From Owenia fusiformis (taxonomy: Eukaryota): DNA of 64,000 nt. Both the position numbers and the translations under genes were made by a program. The notes under the pieces are model-generated. The model ran no database searches, had not been told where the DNA came from, and saw only the letters and a program-made list of their open reading frames with translations. Below are positions 44,801-54,699 of this stretch, in pieces; position 1 is the first letter of the stretch, and each line of letters starts with the position of its first letter. The stretch covers positions 558,001 through 622,000 of the forward strand of contig CAIIXF020000001.1 of the NCBI GenBank assembly GCA_903813345.2, given 5' to 3'.

Positions 44801-47800
44801 GTTACATATCATTTATTACAGTTGGCCATACTATGGATACACTGGTTTATAAATGGCTTGATACTGAACCAGTTGCAAAAGAGCCGGGTTTGCAGTTGCC
44901 CCAATTTAATCTTAAAAAGTCATTATTACACGATTGTTCCCAAAACTACACGACAGGTCGGTAGGCATCCGCAAATGCATGCATGTTTATGTTATGATAA
45001 AATAGGTAAATAACCTACCTCACCCTACTATCACACCAAAGTAGTTCTCACTACGTTCTCGAAAACGGGCTTAAACTGTGCACGAACGGATTTGACGTAC
45101 TAAGAACCCACTACTTAAGTTAAGAACTTAGAGCATGCTCAAAAATTTCTGGTGATTGTCACATTCTGCAATCAGAACGAGTGACAACGTACTAGTGTCG
45201 TACTTCAATCCTACTAGGGACGTATTACGACGTTGTGTAGTGAGGCGTAAATTGCAGCCGTGAGTACCCCCAATTAGGAAAATAGGGGATTATAAATGTG
45301 TTCTGCACGGATTAGGGACACGGATGTTTACTATTTTAAAACGAGTTCAACCGTTTTTAAATTATGTGGATAATTCAGTAACATATTAGGACGTATTGAG
45401 AACGAGGTACAACTAATTGTCAACTGGTTTAAGCTGATTAAGGACGTAATTGAACTGCTTGGATACATTGTGTACACGAGACGAACGCACAATTTAACCC
45501 GATCTAAACTTGATACCAACGTACTGCAGACGGAATAAAGACGAGATGAACGTATTAAAAACTGCTTATGAACGAATTAACAAAAATAGCTATCACACCA
45601 GAACCAGTTGTCACTGCGTTGTTCAAAACGATGCCGAATCGGTTTTAAACTGTGTGCGAACTGAATGAACGTAGCTACAACATTCTACGGTCTGTTTACG
45701 AACTTCATGGACTTTCCCGAACGGGGAATGTGATTCAGAATTTTGAATCGATTCAATCGATTTATAATCAGGTCATGATGACCTTCTAGATTAGGGGACG
45801 CGTTATACGACGTTGCACACCGACGTGGCGCGACCTGAACGAACTGCGAATGAGATGGACGTATTGAAGACTGTTTATGAACGAAGTAGCTAATTATTTT
45901 AGACATATTTCCCGACCACAGCCATATTGAGCCCGTTTTACGACGTTTTTGTAGGACTGGCAAGAACGGGTAAGAACTAGTTTGGTGTGATAGGGGGGTA
46001 ACATACATTGTATACCCTTTAAACAATACAGAGTGTCGCATGCTGGCCTTACCTATTCAAAACAGCTTATTGAATTTTGTGGAAACCAAAGCAATGTACA
46101 CTCATCTAAATCTCATTATAAACACATTATGCAAATGATCTTATCCGTGGCCCTGGGTTTGTTTACATTACTGCGGAATTAAACTGATCGTGTCAGTAAA
46201 AATGGTGACCTTACCCTTCAAAAGTTCGGCGCGCGATATCACAGAGGCAAGTCTCTGGCCATAGGGAACTGATTGTACTTTGTAAACAATTGTAAACCTG
46301 TCAACAGAATAGTTAAAATTAGCGAAGTGACCTCTTTTGTTTACAATTGACAAAACGTAAAAATAGAAAACTTGTTACGAACTGAGCAGAGCAGTGCCGT
46401 TCCACCAGTTAAAGATGTTCAATCCAATGCCACGTACGTGCTACCACGGAATTGCCAACCTCCAGGGGTATCTTATGAATGAGCAATTCCGAAGTAACAC
46501 GTGGTCTTGCGTTGTATGCCTACAACTTTGTCTGGAGAAATATTACAAATGACACTTTCCAGCGCAGTTCGTGTAAAGCTATGTCGCCTTTTCTATTTTT
46601 TACGTTTTGGCGAATGTAAACAAATGAACTTGCTTGGCAAAGGCTTTACACTTACAATTGTTCTCTATTCAAAGTACTATAAATTCCAAGAGACTCGAAC
46701 TTTTGAAACATTTTCGTATGGAAAGGATCAGTTATGTTTCGTGGTAATCAAGATATACTGTTAACACTTCTCTAAGCTACACAACCGGCATTATAATGGC
46801 CTTTTTATACCCACCACCCATTTCCGTTCACTCGACTCCCGTTAGGTTACAGTAAAAAAATTTCGTTATATCCGTTCATTCGCCATATAAATAGTAAACA
46901 AAGCATTATATTTCAGGAAGACAGCATTTTGTTATGTAATCGATTGACGAGAGATTCGAAACCAAAACTGAATGCTCTTTTTTCGTACACAAGTCTCACT
47001 TATTCAGAATACTTGTATTTTATATATCGCGAATCATGATAGATAATGTTTTACTAGTCGGCAACATTTCATTATTTGAACGTCACATAGTGGTGATTTG
47101 TATAAATTGACTTTGTGATGTCAGTTTGCATACTGTAGTCTCCTTAATCAGTTTTTCTATTGTAGCAAAATAATTGTCAGTGACACAAACAGCAAAAACA
47201 ATTATGCATGTTGTTTGCTAATGTAATGGCTTACTGTTGTGTGATGTAATGATGTAAAATATGTTTATGATAAGAATAATCTGCAAAATGCACTCTATTT
47301 GAAATTTCGATAAGGAACATAATACAAAAGAACATTTCAAGAGGTCTCATAGTCAATTTATGAGTCATACATGTCTCATTATAGACTAAATGACGTCATT
47401 GTAATTGTTAGAATTGTATGCAAATAATGTTATTTTTACATGGTGCATTTTGTTGTTTATTGCTGTACGTTTTTATTTTTATTCGACTTTACCTGTTCTT
47501 GTGCACTGTTTTTAGTTGGACACACAATGGAAACATTGGTTTACAAATTTCTGCCGACTGCAGTGGATTACGAGGCATTAGATATATCAAATTTTATATA
47601 CAAAGGGGAAGCTTTGACTGATTGTTCTCAAAATTATTCAACAGGTATTTTCAAATTATTTCTTATTGCATCACCTCGATCTTGCTGAATGACGAAAATG
47701 ACAGTTTGTTTACGAAATACCATGTTTCCTGGTTGTTGTTTTTTTGTAACATTTTGAAAATTATACTTTCAAACAACAGACCTAGGCTAAAGCCTTTAAC

Positions 47801-48971
47801 ATAATGCCAGGAGTTTCACACTACAAACGGAAATCATAATCAAGGTGTATTGTAAGAATTCTACGTCATATCACACCACTTATGTGCATGTATTGTACTG
47901 TGTCTAAGTGTGCTTTTGCATGTTGTGTAATTTGTGAAATGTAGATCAGTTCGGTGTGAAAGTATATTATGAATTATTACTCCTTTATAAATATTATTTT
48001 AAGATATATGTACAGTAAAACTTAAGGAGGGGTGATGAAATAGCACAAAATGATACAGACAGATTAAATTCAAATGTTGCAATCAACTCCTTAAATAGTA
48101 GAAATTATCAGTGACCTAGTTCGTAAGAATAGCAGTTTAATCAAATATAAATTGATAAATAGAATAAAAATTATCACATTTTCTTGAAATAATACAACTG
48201 CAAATATTCAGCAACTAATATTAAAACATTCATGTACATTCCAGGTGCCTACCCATGCCTTCAAATCGATTTTATTCTCAAAAGGGACATTGGATACTAT
48301 ATGATCCAGCTCTATATACCCAGTGTTTTGATAGTTATTCTATCATGGGTAGCCTTCTGGATTAGCATTGATGCAATTCCAGCTCGTGTCACAATTGGAC
48401 TTCTTACAGTGCTTACAATGACGACACAGAGCACAGGAGCAAGATCTCAACTTCCAAGAGTATCTTATATCAAAGCCATAGACGTTTGGATGTCAACCTG
48501 CTTGTTGTTTGTGTTTGCTTCGTTACTTGAATTTGCTGTTGTAAATGTGTTTTCACGAAAGGAGGTCAAAACAAGGACAGCTGCAACTTTGAAGAGAAAA
48601 CGAAAAGAAGACGAGATGGCACTCGAACAGGTTTGTAAAACTATGCATGTTCTCTGACTAATACCTTACGAAGGTAATCGTTATTCGGAAAATGTTCTCA
48701 TCAATACATTTCATTACAAGTGATTAATATGATTATTATAAGATATGAACTAATATATAATATTTGGTATTCATTTCAGATAAATATAGTTACACACAAT
48801 GGAAGGGACTTCAAGGAAGTGAGAGAGAAAATAACCAAAACAAAATATATAAGAGACCCTGACGGAAGGCATAAAGCTAGAAGGATAGACAAAATTGCCC
48901 GAAAAGCTTTTCCTGGTGTTTTTGTAGCCTTCAATCTTATATACTGGGTAACATATAGCTTTTCAGAATGA
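29710..48971 (+). CDS. Gene 1 (spliced): glycine-receptor-like Cys-loop ligand-gated chloride channel subunit, 415-417 aa depending on cassette exon. Join 29710-29810, 37119-37177, 38249-38313, 39199-39341, 39609-39698, 39936-40018, [40639-40770 | 44822-44956 | 47516-47644], 48245-48630, 48780-48971
   Basis: All junctions are GT-AG and phases are consistent (1251 nt with cassette A). Contains signal peptide, loop D YLRQSW, loop [12 protein letters not shown], Cys-loop [15 protein letters not shown], loop C disulfide C...GAYPC, M1-M4, and the PAR motif before M2 (anion selective). Confidence 0.93.
31256..31829. mobile_element. Tc1/mariner-type MITE
   Basis: CAGGGGAGCCAAAAAGGTAAC / GTTACCATTTTGGCTCACCCTG-TA. 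Confidence 0.6.
32141..32466. mobile_element. EnSpm/CACTA-type MITE
   Basis: CACTCTTAAAAAT / ATTTTTAAGAGTG with 2-bp TSD TG; AT-rich internal ttactt repeats. Confidence 0.75.
33390..33926 (-). mobile_element. Older diverged H1 MITE copy, inverted
   Basis: Reverse-complement similarity to 17406-18197; ends GTTTGGTGTGATAGTAGGG. Confidence 0.75.
33930..34748 (+). mobile_element. H1 MITE copy
   Basis: Near-identical to 17406-18197; TTA flanks; 13-bp terminal duplication. Confidence 0.85.
37119..37177 (+). CDS. Gene 1 exon: (R)[19 protein letters not shown](G), N-terminal helix
   Basis: ttggcag acceptor, gtagtt donor; LL..Y....P pattern of Cys-loop receptor N-termini; phases 2/1 fit neighbours. 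Confidence 0.78.
37473..38110. mobile_element. Tc1/mariner-type foldback MITE (family T1), diverged copy
   Basis: TA-CACTACCCTCCAAAAGTTTGGCAACC...GGAGGGGGTG-TA; long internal inverted arms. Confidence 0.8.
38249..38313 (+). CDS. Gene 1 exon: (G)[21 protein letters not shown] (beta1)
   Basis: ttttatag acceptor, ATG|gtaaag donor; resembles the GlyR IFINSFGSI..TTM segment. Confidence 0.92.
38425..38748. mobile_element. Unclassified inverted-repeat element
   Basis: TGCCCGCGGTGCAAGT / ACTTGCGCCGCGGGCA arms. Confidence 0.55.
39199..39341 (+). CDS. Gene 1 exon: [17 protein letters not shown]...IWTPDVFF(R) (loops D and A)
   Basis: Within ORF 39139-39345; ccag acceptor, gtaaat donor; canonical WxDPRL and WxPD motifs. 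Confidence 0.95.
39609..39698 (+). CDS. Gene 1 exon: (R)[29 protein letters not shown](K) (loop E)
   Basis: tttcag acceptor, gtacgt donor; NEK..FH.VT..N.LLR...NG motif. Confidence 0.95.
39936..40018 (+). CDS. Gene 1 exon: (K)[27 protein letters not shown] (Cys-loop)
   Basis: ttttag acceptor, gtacgt donor; C-x13-C signature. Confidence 0.95.
40340..40355 (+). promoter_or_regulatory. Candidate splicing docking site ACGGTGTCACAAGGTC
   Basis: Complementary to related motifs at 44481-44498 and 47109-47125, and to local 40297-40313. Confidence 0.4.
40639..40770 (+). CDS. Gene 1 cassette exon A: (F)[43 protein letters not shown](G)
   Basis: 132 nt, phase 1-1, atttgcag acceptor, gtagaa donor, open frame. 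Confidence 0.92.
40804..42205. repeat. 31-bp minisatellite CGTATATGTGTAGTGTCCACAACATTATACT (~11 + ~6 copies) split by a T1 MITE
   Basis: Direct reading. Confidence 0.95.
41149..42024. mobile_element. T1 Tc1/mariner-type foldback MITE
   Basis: ~250-bp TIRs starting CACTCCCCTCCATAAGTTTGGCAACC; TA TSD confirmed by the interrupted minisatellite unit. Confidence 0.92.
42208..42840. mobile_element. Degenerate foldback MITE
   Basis: GTGGGTCACCATTCC / GGAATGTTGACCCAC outer arms; CCTTAGGGTCCCAAC / GTTGGGACCCTAAGG inner arms. Confidence 0.6.
43669..43792. repeat. ~62-bp direct tandem duplication
   Basis: aggtcgcttt...atgttgaccgtgttgtttagttca...ccaagggtgcattgca occurs twice. Confidence 0.9.
43832..44318. 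mobile_element. Unclassified TIR MITE
   Basis: GTATGAGAATAATAATGTCC / GGACATTTTTATTCTCATAC arms. Confidence 0.55.
44822..44956 (+). CDS. Gene 1 cassette exon B: (F)[44 protein letters not shown](G)
   Basis: 135 nt, phase 1-1, ttacag acceptor, gtcggt donor; not shown as such in the ORF track, translated by hand. Confidence 0.9.
45023..45998 (+). mobile_element. H1 MITE, longer variant, 66 nt downstream of cassette B
   Basis: Same TIRs and body as 17406-18197 with extra internal segments; flanks TCA/TAA. Confidence 0.82.
47516..47644 (+). CDS. Gene 1 cassette exon C: (F)[42 protein letters not shown](G)
   Basis: 129 nt, phase 1-1, tttttag acceptor, gtattt donor; within ORF 47440-47688. Confidence 0.87.
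48245..48630 (+). CDS. Gene 1 exon: end of loop C, beta10, M1-M3 and start of intracellular loop
   Basis: 386 nt; [10 protein letters not shown]...YIPS...SWVAFWI...[17 protein letters not shown]...[13 protein letters not shown]; ccag acceptor, gtttgt donor. Confidence 0.96.
48780..48971 (+). CDS. Gene 1 last coding exon: intracellular loop and M4, stop TGA
   Basis: tttcag acceptor; [24 protein letters not shown] is a typical M4 motif. Confidence 0.95.
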   Translation: MNIVTHNGRDFKEVREKITKTKYIRDPDGRHKARRIDKIARKAFPGVFVAFNLIYWVTYSFSE

Positions 48972-51900
48972 CACGATTCCAGGGTTTGGATATACATATT
49001 TGCTCTATAATGTGAATGAAACTATCATTTTGCATAGATGGATACCTTCTCAGTGAAGACTATGTAAATTATGCAGATTTTGTGATATCATTTTCTTGAT
49101 GAGCCACGTCAACTCCATTACAATTGTATAGTTATATTTATACTACTTGCTATGCTATAAGCTTATGGAAAAATCATCAAATACAGCACCACCCAAATCA
49201 TTAAGGTAAGAACTAATAGGTCGCAATAACATATCAAAATGCTTGAGTTGGTCTAGTTTAGTGCAAGTATTTTATGAATTGTGATATGATTTTATAACCG
49301 TGGATGGTCAAACTATTAGTCCATGGTATGAAATCTCTAGGACTTCTAATAAAGAAGCTGGTAGCATACTATGGCGCAGCGATATTTGACCTAATAATAA
49401 CATACCTTAACAATTTTTATTATAACCATTTAATGTACTTCCGGCTTTTAGGCTGAATTATGCCTGTCACTAGCAGAGGACAAAAAATTACCAAAAACTA
49501 AAATCAATACCCTAAATTATGTAATCCGTGCATCGGCGTTTTGTATGATTTCTCAGCCATTAATGTAGTAAATGTTACAAATGAATTACTTTGAATTCAT
49601 ATTAGAATGAGAAATGCTTAAATTATGCAAGTTTTTCACAAAATGGGTCTCGATATATTTTGATATATAGGCTGTTATTCCGCGGTGAACATTGTCAATA
49701 AAGGAGGGCCTCTTCTTTTTCCTTGACTAATTGCCACTCCTTCTAAAATTCTATTTCTTGTTGTTAGCTAGTGCTCAGTTGCTTATACAACAACCATCAA
49801 GACTTGGTCGAATTCATGAGTCAATGAGAAAAATCGCTAAATATCTTCCTAAAATCTGATGATATCCAGCGGTAAGGTCAAATAACCATCAGAAAATCTG
49901 ATGATAGCCAGCAGTAATGTCGAGGAATAATTGTAAGGCGTTCGATTGCATATGACTCTTACAGATTATTAGACATGCCCTTGGTATATATGAACATTCC
50001 AATACCTCTGTAACATTGAGTTGGATATAAATATTACATATTGTTATCGTCTTATGTATTATAAAACATGAACAATAACTTGTTATTTGACCCCTTGCGA
50101 TAATATGGATAAACTCTGGTAATAAAATGTTTTAAATGGTAAGAAAACTAACATGTTCGCAATCATAAATTACCTAAATATTCGACACACCTTTGTTGAA
50201 TCTGCTTTTCTTGTATTTGAAAAATCAAACAAAATCCGAAAAGTAGTGTAATTACACCAATTAAACACTGGCATTTTCAGTAAAATTATAGCAAATGTTT
50301 ACATTATGATAATCTAGTTTAGTGTCCATATACTTAAAATAACGGTCTGTGTCTTATGAAACTTCGAATCAAAATATTTACATTGATGAAAGACATTTTT
50401 CAAACCGAAAGGCGGAAGTTTTTTCAGCAAATGGTATTTAAAAAAATCAAGACATATGCACCTCCCTACATATTGCTTCAAATGTTGCTGCCCTATAGTG
50501 TGCTATGGATCATTTATATTTGGAAGTCATACCATAGACTATATCGTTCACATCAAATATGCATTAAATCACATTCTAAAAGTAAGATGGACTTAATTGT
50601 ATGTGTCATACTTCACTTATGTACAAATGTAAATGATATAAGATGTAAAAATCACCAACGATCATGTGCACATTGTTCACATTGACATATCATAACAATT
50701 AATTTGTAAATATGTTCATTTAGTATAAAAAGAGAGAAATGTGTGTATTACTAAAGAAACTTGAAAATGTAAAAATCATGTTCGATTCAAATTCGAAAGT
50801 AGTCTCTTTTTCAAATTAACTTCACTAGTTATGTTAATAAGCTTAGCTGCATCTATAATGTAACATGCCACTAGTCTATCAGTTACACTAACTTGTCTGC
50901 ACATGGGGACATTTTCTTACACCGTTCTATATCGTAATTTAGAAGTGAAGAATTGTCACGTGTTTATCGATTTTATGTTGCGGGAACACCATATTTAGTC
51001 GGCTCCACTCTTATACACATTCTTACTATTCATCCTATCGTCTCTATGTTTAATTGAGAAAAGACATATTGCTTTCGTTTATCTATTACGGTGCCATACT
51101 ACCAAGCGAAATTTAATAGGGATCAATATAGATGGCATATCATGCGTGAGTTGTTCTTCATCCTTGTCACATTATTTTTATGTTGATATTGATATTCAAA
51201 ATACATTACATTGATCTTTGACTAAGTTGATAATAATTCTTCTCGTTTCATAATCATTTTTCTAGATTTGCTAGATTTGATTAAATTAATTTTGGGCAAT
51301 GAATTGTATTTAGATGTTAAAAAATGCCATCTTTTGACGTCATCGAGGCCTTTAGGATAACCATATATAGAAAAGGTATCCTGACAAAGATCCGTTTTAA
51401 CGTTTTAACGAGGAATGAATGGCGTATTGTGCAGGTGGTTTAAATATGCTGTGCTACCGATTTCACCTTCCAATTCTACAACTTTACAGTCATACAAATA
51501 CTTAGTTATAAAGATACTTGGTATCATATATTGCTGATGTCATCAATGGAACTGCTAATAGACTTATTTCAGAATAATGATTTGAACAAATTGATAGCTG
51601 TATTTTGGTATTGTATCCTATAAAATCTTTATGTGAAATAAAAATGTAGCTATCAAGTTTAGTCTTAACTTTAGTTTTAGGCGTTCTGATAATCCAAAAT
51701 GTTTAAAATGTTATTCAAAACAAATTAGAAATATTTATAATTATTGTGTTTTCATTTCCCGAACATCGTAAAGTATTGCGACCTGTATTGGAATTAGGGT
51801 ATTGTATGTATTTCTCCAGTTCTTTACAAGTAAGGGCTTTGTAAGACTTTTCAAAAAAGTGTGTTGGTTTATGCTGAATTTAAGTAGTATAACCTTGAAA

Positions 51901-52252
51901 ATCATCGATGTACTTGTGATATACTTGTGATATACTTTTCCAGCTGTAAGTTATATGTGTTACTTGTGAAAATGTCTTTCATTACCATGAAGTTGTACCT
52001 GTAAGATACTCATGATCACTGATGACTTTAGCACACCCAGTTAAGTATTGTCGACTTCTTCCACAAACAAGAAAAACTGGAATATGATATAAGGGTTTTT
52101 ATTGTTTTAAATTAAATTAAATATTACCCACATCATATTTCAATTTTTGTTGCGTGATGGATTGAACTATTCTAGTGCTTACATGTAATTATGAAAAATA
52201 AAAAGCCTAAAGATATTATATTGTCTGTAATTTATAAATTTAAGCAAACTAA

Positions 52253-52540
52253 CCCGCCTATCACACCAATTCCGTTCTTTCTAGTCCTACAAAGATGTCG
52301 CAAAACGAGCTAAATATATATGACCGTGGTCGGGAAAATTATCTACTTCGTAGTAGGTCACCTCGTTTGAAGTACGTTGTTACACAATTGTTACACGATA
52401 TTGTTATCGAAATTTGAAATGGTTCAAAATTCTAAATCACACTCCCCTCTGAGCATGTCTATAAAGTCCAACCCGTTGGTACATAGTTCAAGCCCGTTTT
52501 TTGAGAAGGTAGTGAGAAATAGTTTGGTATTATAGTAGGG
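52253..52540 (-). mobile_element. Internally deleted H1 MITE
   Basis: Both degenerate TIRs present. Confidence 0.65.
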
Positions 52541-52981
52541 TTACATATAGCGTACATATGCGTGCCAATGCCCTAGAGGCATGGCAGACTTGTTGAAAAA
52601 GTAATACGATCATAAACTACGACAAATAAGTAAATAAGCATTCAACTCTACATTTATCAATGTCATGGTGATGTTCAGAAATTAAACAAGATTTGATATC
52701 GTTAAAACTGCGCATTTGTAAGCTTTCAAGAATTATTTCTACTTCAACTTTTGAGGACTGTTGACTTAACGCTACATCGATGCTCGTACTACTTAAGTCA
52801 TCACTTTAGAACTAAAAATCTGCTTCCTTCCTCTCCCAATGTCAATTTCTATTTCTTTCAACGCATCTTCAAATGCGATATTATGGTGTATTTTGTTGAA
52901 TGCATGATAACGAACGAAAAATGTCTACATAGTTTAGTCAATCATGAACGAAATGGACGTACATTGGTCCAGTCATTTAAA

Positions 52982-53530
52982 CCCCTATCACACCAAACTA
53001 ATTCTCAACCGTCCTAATACAAAAAGTCGTAAAACGGGTTTAGTCTGGGTGTAGTCGGGAAATAGTACTTCAATTTACGCCCGGCTACACAACGTGGTAA
53101 TACGTCCCGAGTAGGATTGAAGTACGACAGTTCCGTTTAAGAGAACGTCCAATTCGTCTTATGTACGTTATCACTCGTCCTAAAATGCATCAACGTTTGT
53201 AAATAGACCCCAAACAGTTCTAAGTACGTCGAATCCGTTCGTACATAGCTTGAGCCTGTTTTAGATAACGTAGTGGGAACTAGTTTGGTGGAACACCCTA
53301 CTATCACAACGTCACAATTTTCTGATGGTCATCGCGTTCTGCAATTAGAGCGGAGGGCAACGCACTTAAGACGACCTGAAGGTACTACGAACGGAACTGT
53401 CGTACTTCAAACCAAGTAGAGATGTTTTTAGAAAGTGATAAATTGTCCGAGGACGTATTTTGAACAAGATAGAACTGATTGCAAACGGGTTTCATACTAG
53501 TTGGCACTGCGTTCTTCAAAAGGTTTCCGA
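52982..53530. mobile_element. Two degenerate H1 MITE pieces, head-to-head (minus 52982-53290, plus 53297-53530)
   Basis: Similarity to the H1 body on opposite strands on either side of ~53293. Confidence 0.6.
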
Positions 53531-54699
53531 ACTGGCTTTAGATATATGTGCATATATCCATATAATATATAAATATATTTTCACAGCATTGTGGAGGTCA
53601 TTACTAAACCACCGCACCAATGCCCCATCCTATACATCTGCTCTTATCAAAACCACGATTACTAATGACCTTCAGATGGAACAACTCATCCATGCTGCCT
53701 ATTAATCAGATGAGGCGATTTGTGATTTTGGTGTGTTCAAACCGATGACGGACAAGATGAGAGGATTCAGATATGCGACCTTTACAGACCTCCACAATGG
53801 CGTAAAAATGCCCTGAGGAAACGTTTTCTCGATGGGTTCAGATCCATGTTCCACGAATGGGTTCAACGCTAGAACAATTGTATCAAAACCACGAAAACTA
53901 TTTTGAGCATTTTAATTGAAACATGTGTTACCATAGTAACCATATTTTTAGTCCAATGAGAGTAAAGTGCATAAAATTTGTTACACCAATTGCTTAATCC
54001 ATTTTACATATTCTGTGAAAATTTCAAATAAAAATCCACAAAACTTTTGATTTAAATAGATTTTTCTCAGAACTTATTGATCGACCTGGTATATCGCAGA
54101 ATTTAACTGTTTAGTGAGTAGGGTTATGCGTAGTTGAGGGGCATTGGAAAGTGGTGGAGATTTAAGAAGTATAATGCGAAAAAGATCAATTTTTGACGTA
54201 TTCCTGAGATCAAATCCATCTCATTTTGACGCAATAAAAGCTGCCGAAAAGAATAATCTAAAGACATCATAAAGATATACATAGCTAATTGTCATTCAAA
54301 AAACCAAAGAGTTTGAGCCATTTACTTCATTTTGATCAGGTCATATAGATGGCTCATTTGAGCAATAGAGGTAATGATTATTGAATACGGCCGTAGTAAT
54401 AAAATAACCTTAACCCCAAAATGCCTGAGTATGCCAGACCAATCCTAAAAAGTTAAATGTTTACCTCATCCTCGACTCATCTCACAAAACACACACAACA
54501 TGGCATAATAGTTTCTGTTGAGTACTTGGTCTTGGAGCTAGTCTAGCCATGTGCAATGTCAACGGTACTAATAAAGTATGTCCCTTTAGTCCATTTAAAT
54601 TTCTAATTTTGATTTTTCTCAATGTTAACATAACGAGGAAAGAGAAAACTGCATGTCAATAAAAAATCAAAGTGATCACTTAGGCTATACCCCTTTCGG

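Noticed and set aside
42210-47400. Additional cassette exons between A, B and C
   Set aside because: Scanned by eye for G[NH]T..., LPQ and C.QNY.TG|gt patterns and found none; highly degenerate relics cannot be excluded.
48022-48095. TTAAGGAG...CTCCTTAA hairpin before the TM exon as a splicing element
   Set aside because: Looks like a tiny TTAA-flanked MITE remnant; no counterpart seen in gene 2.
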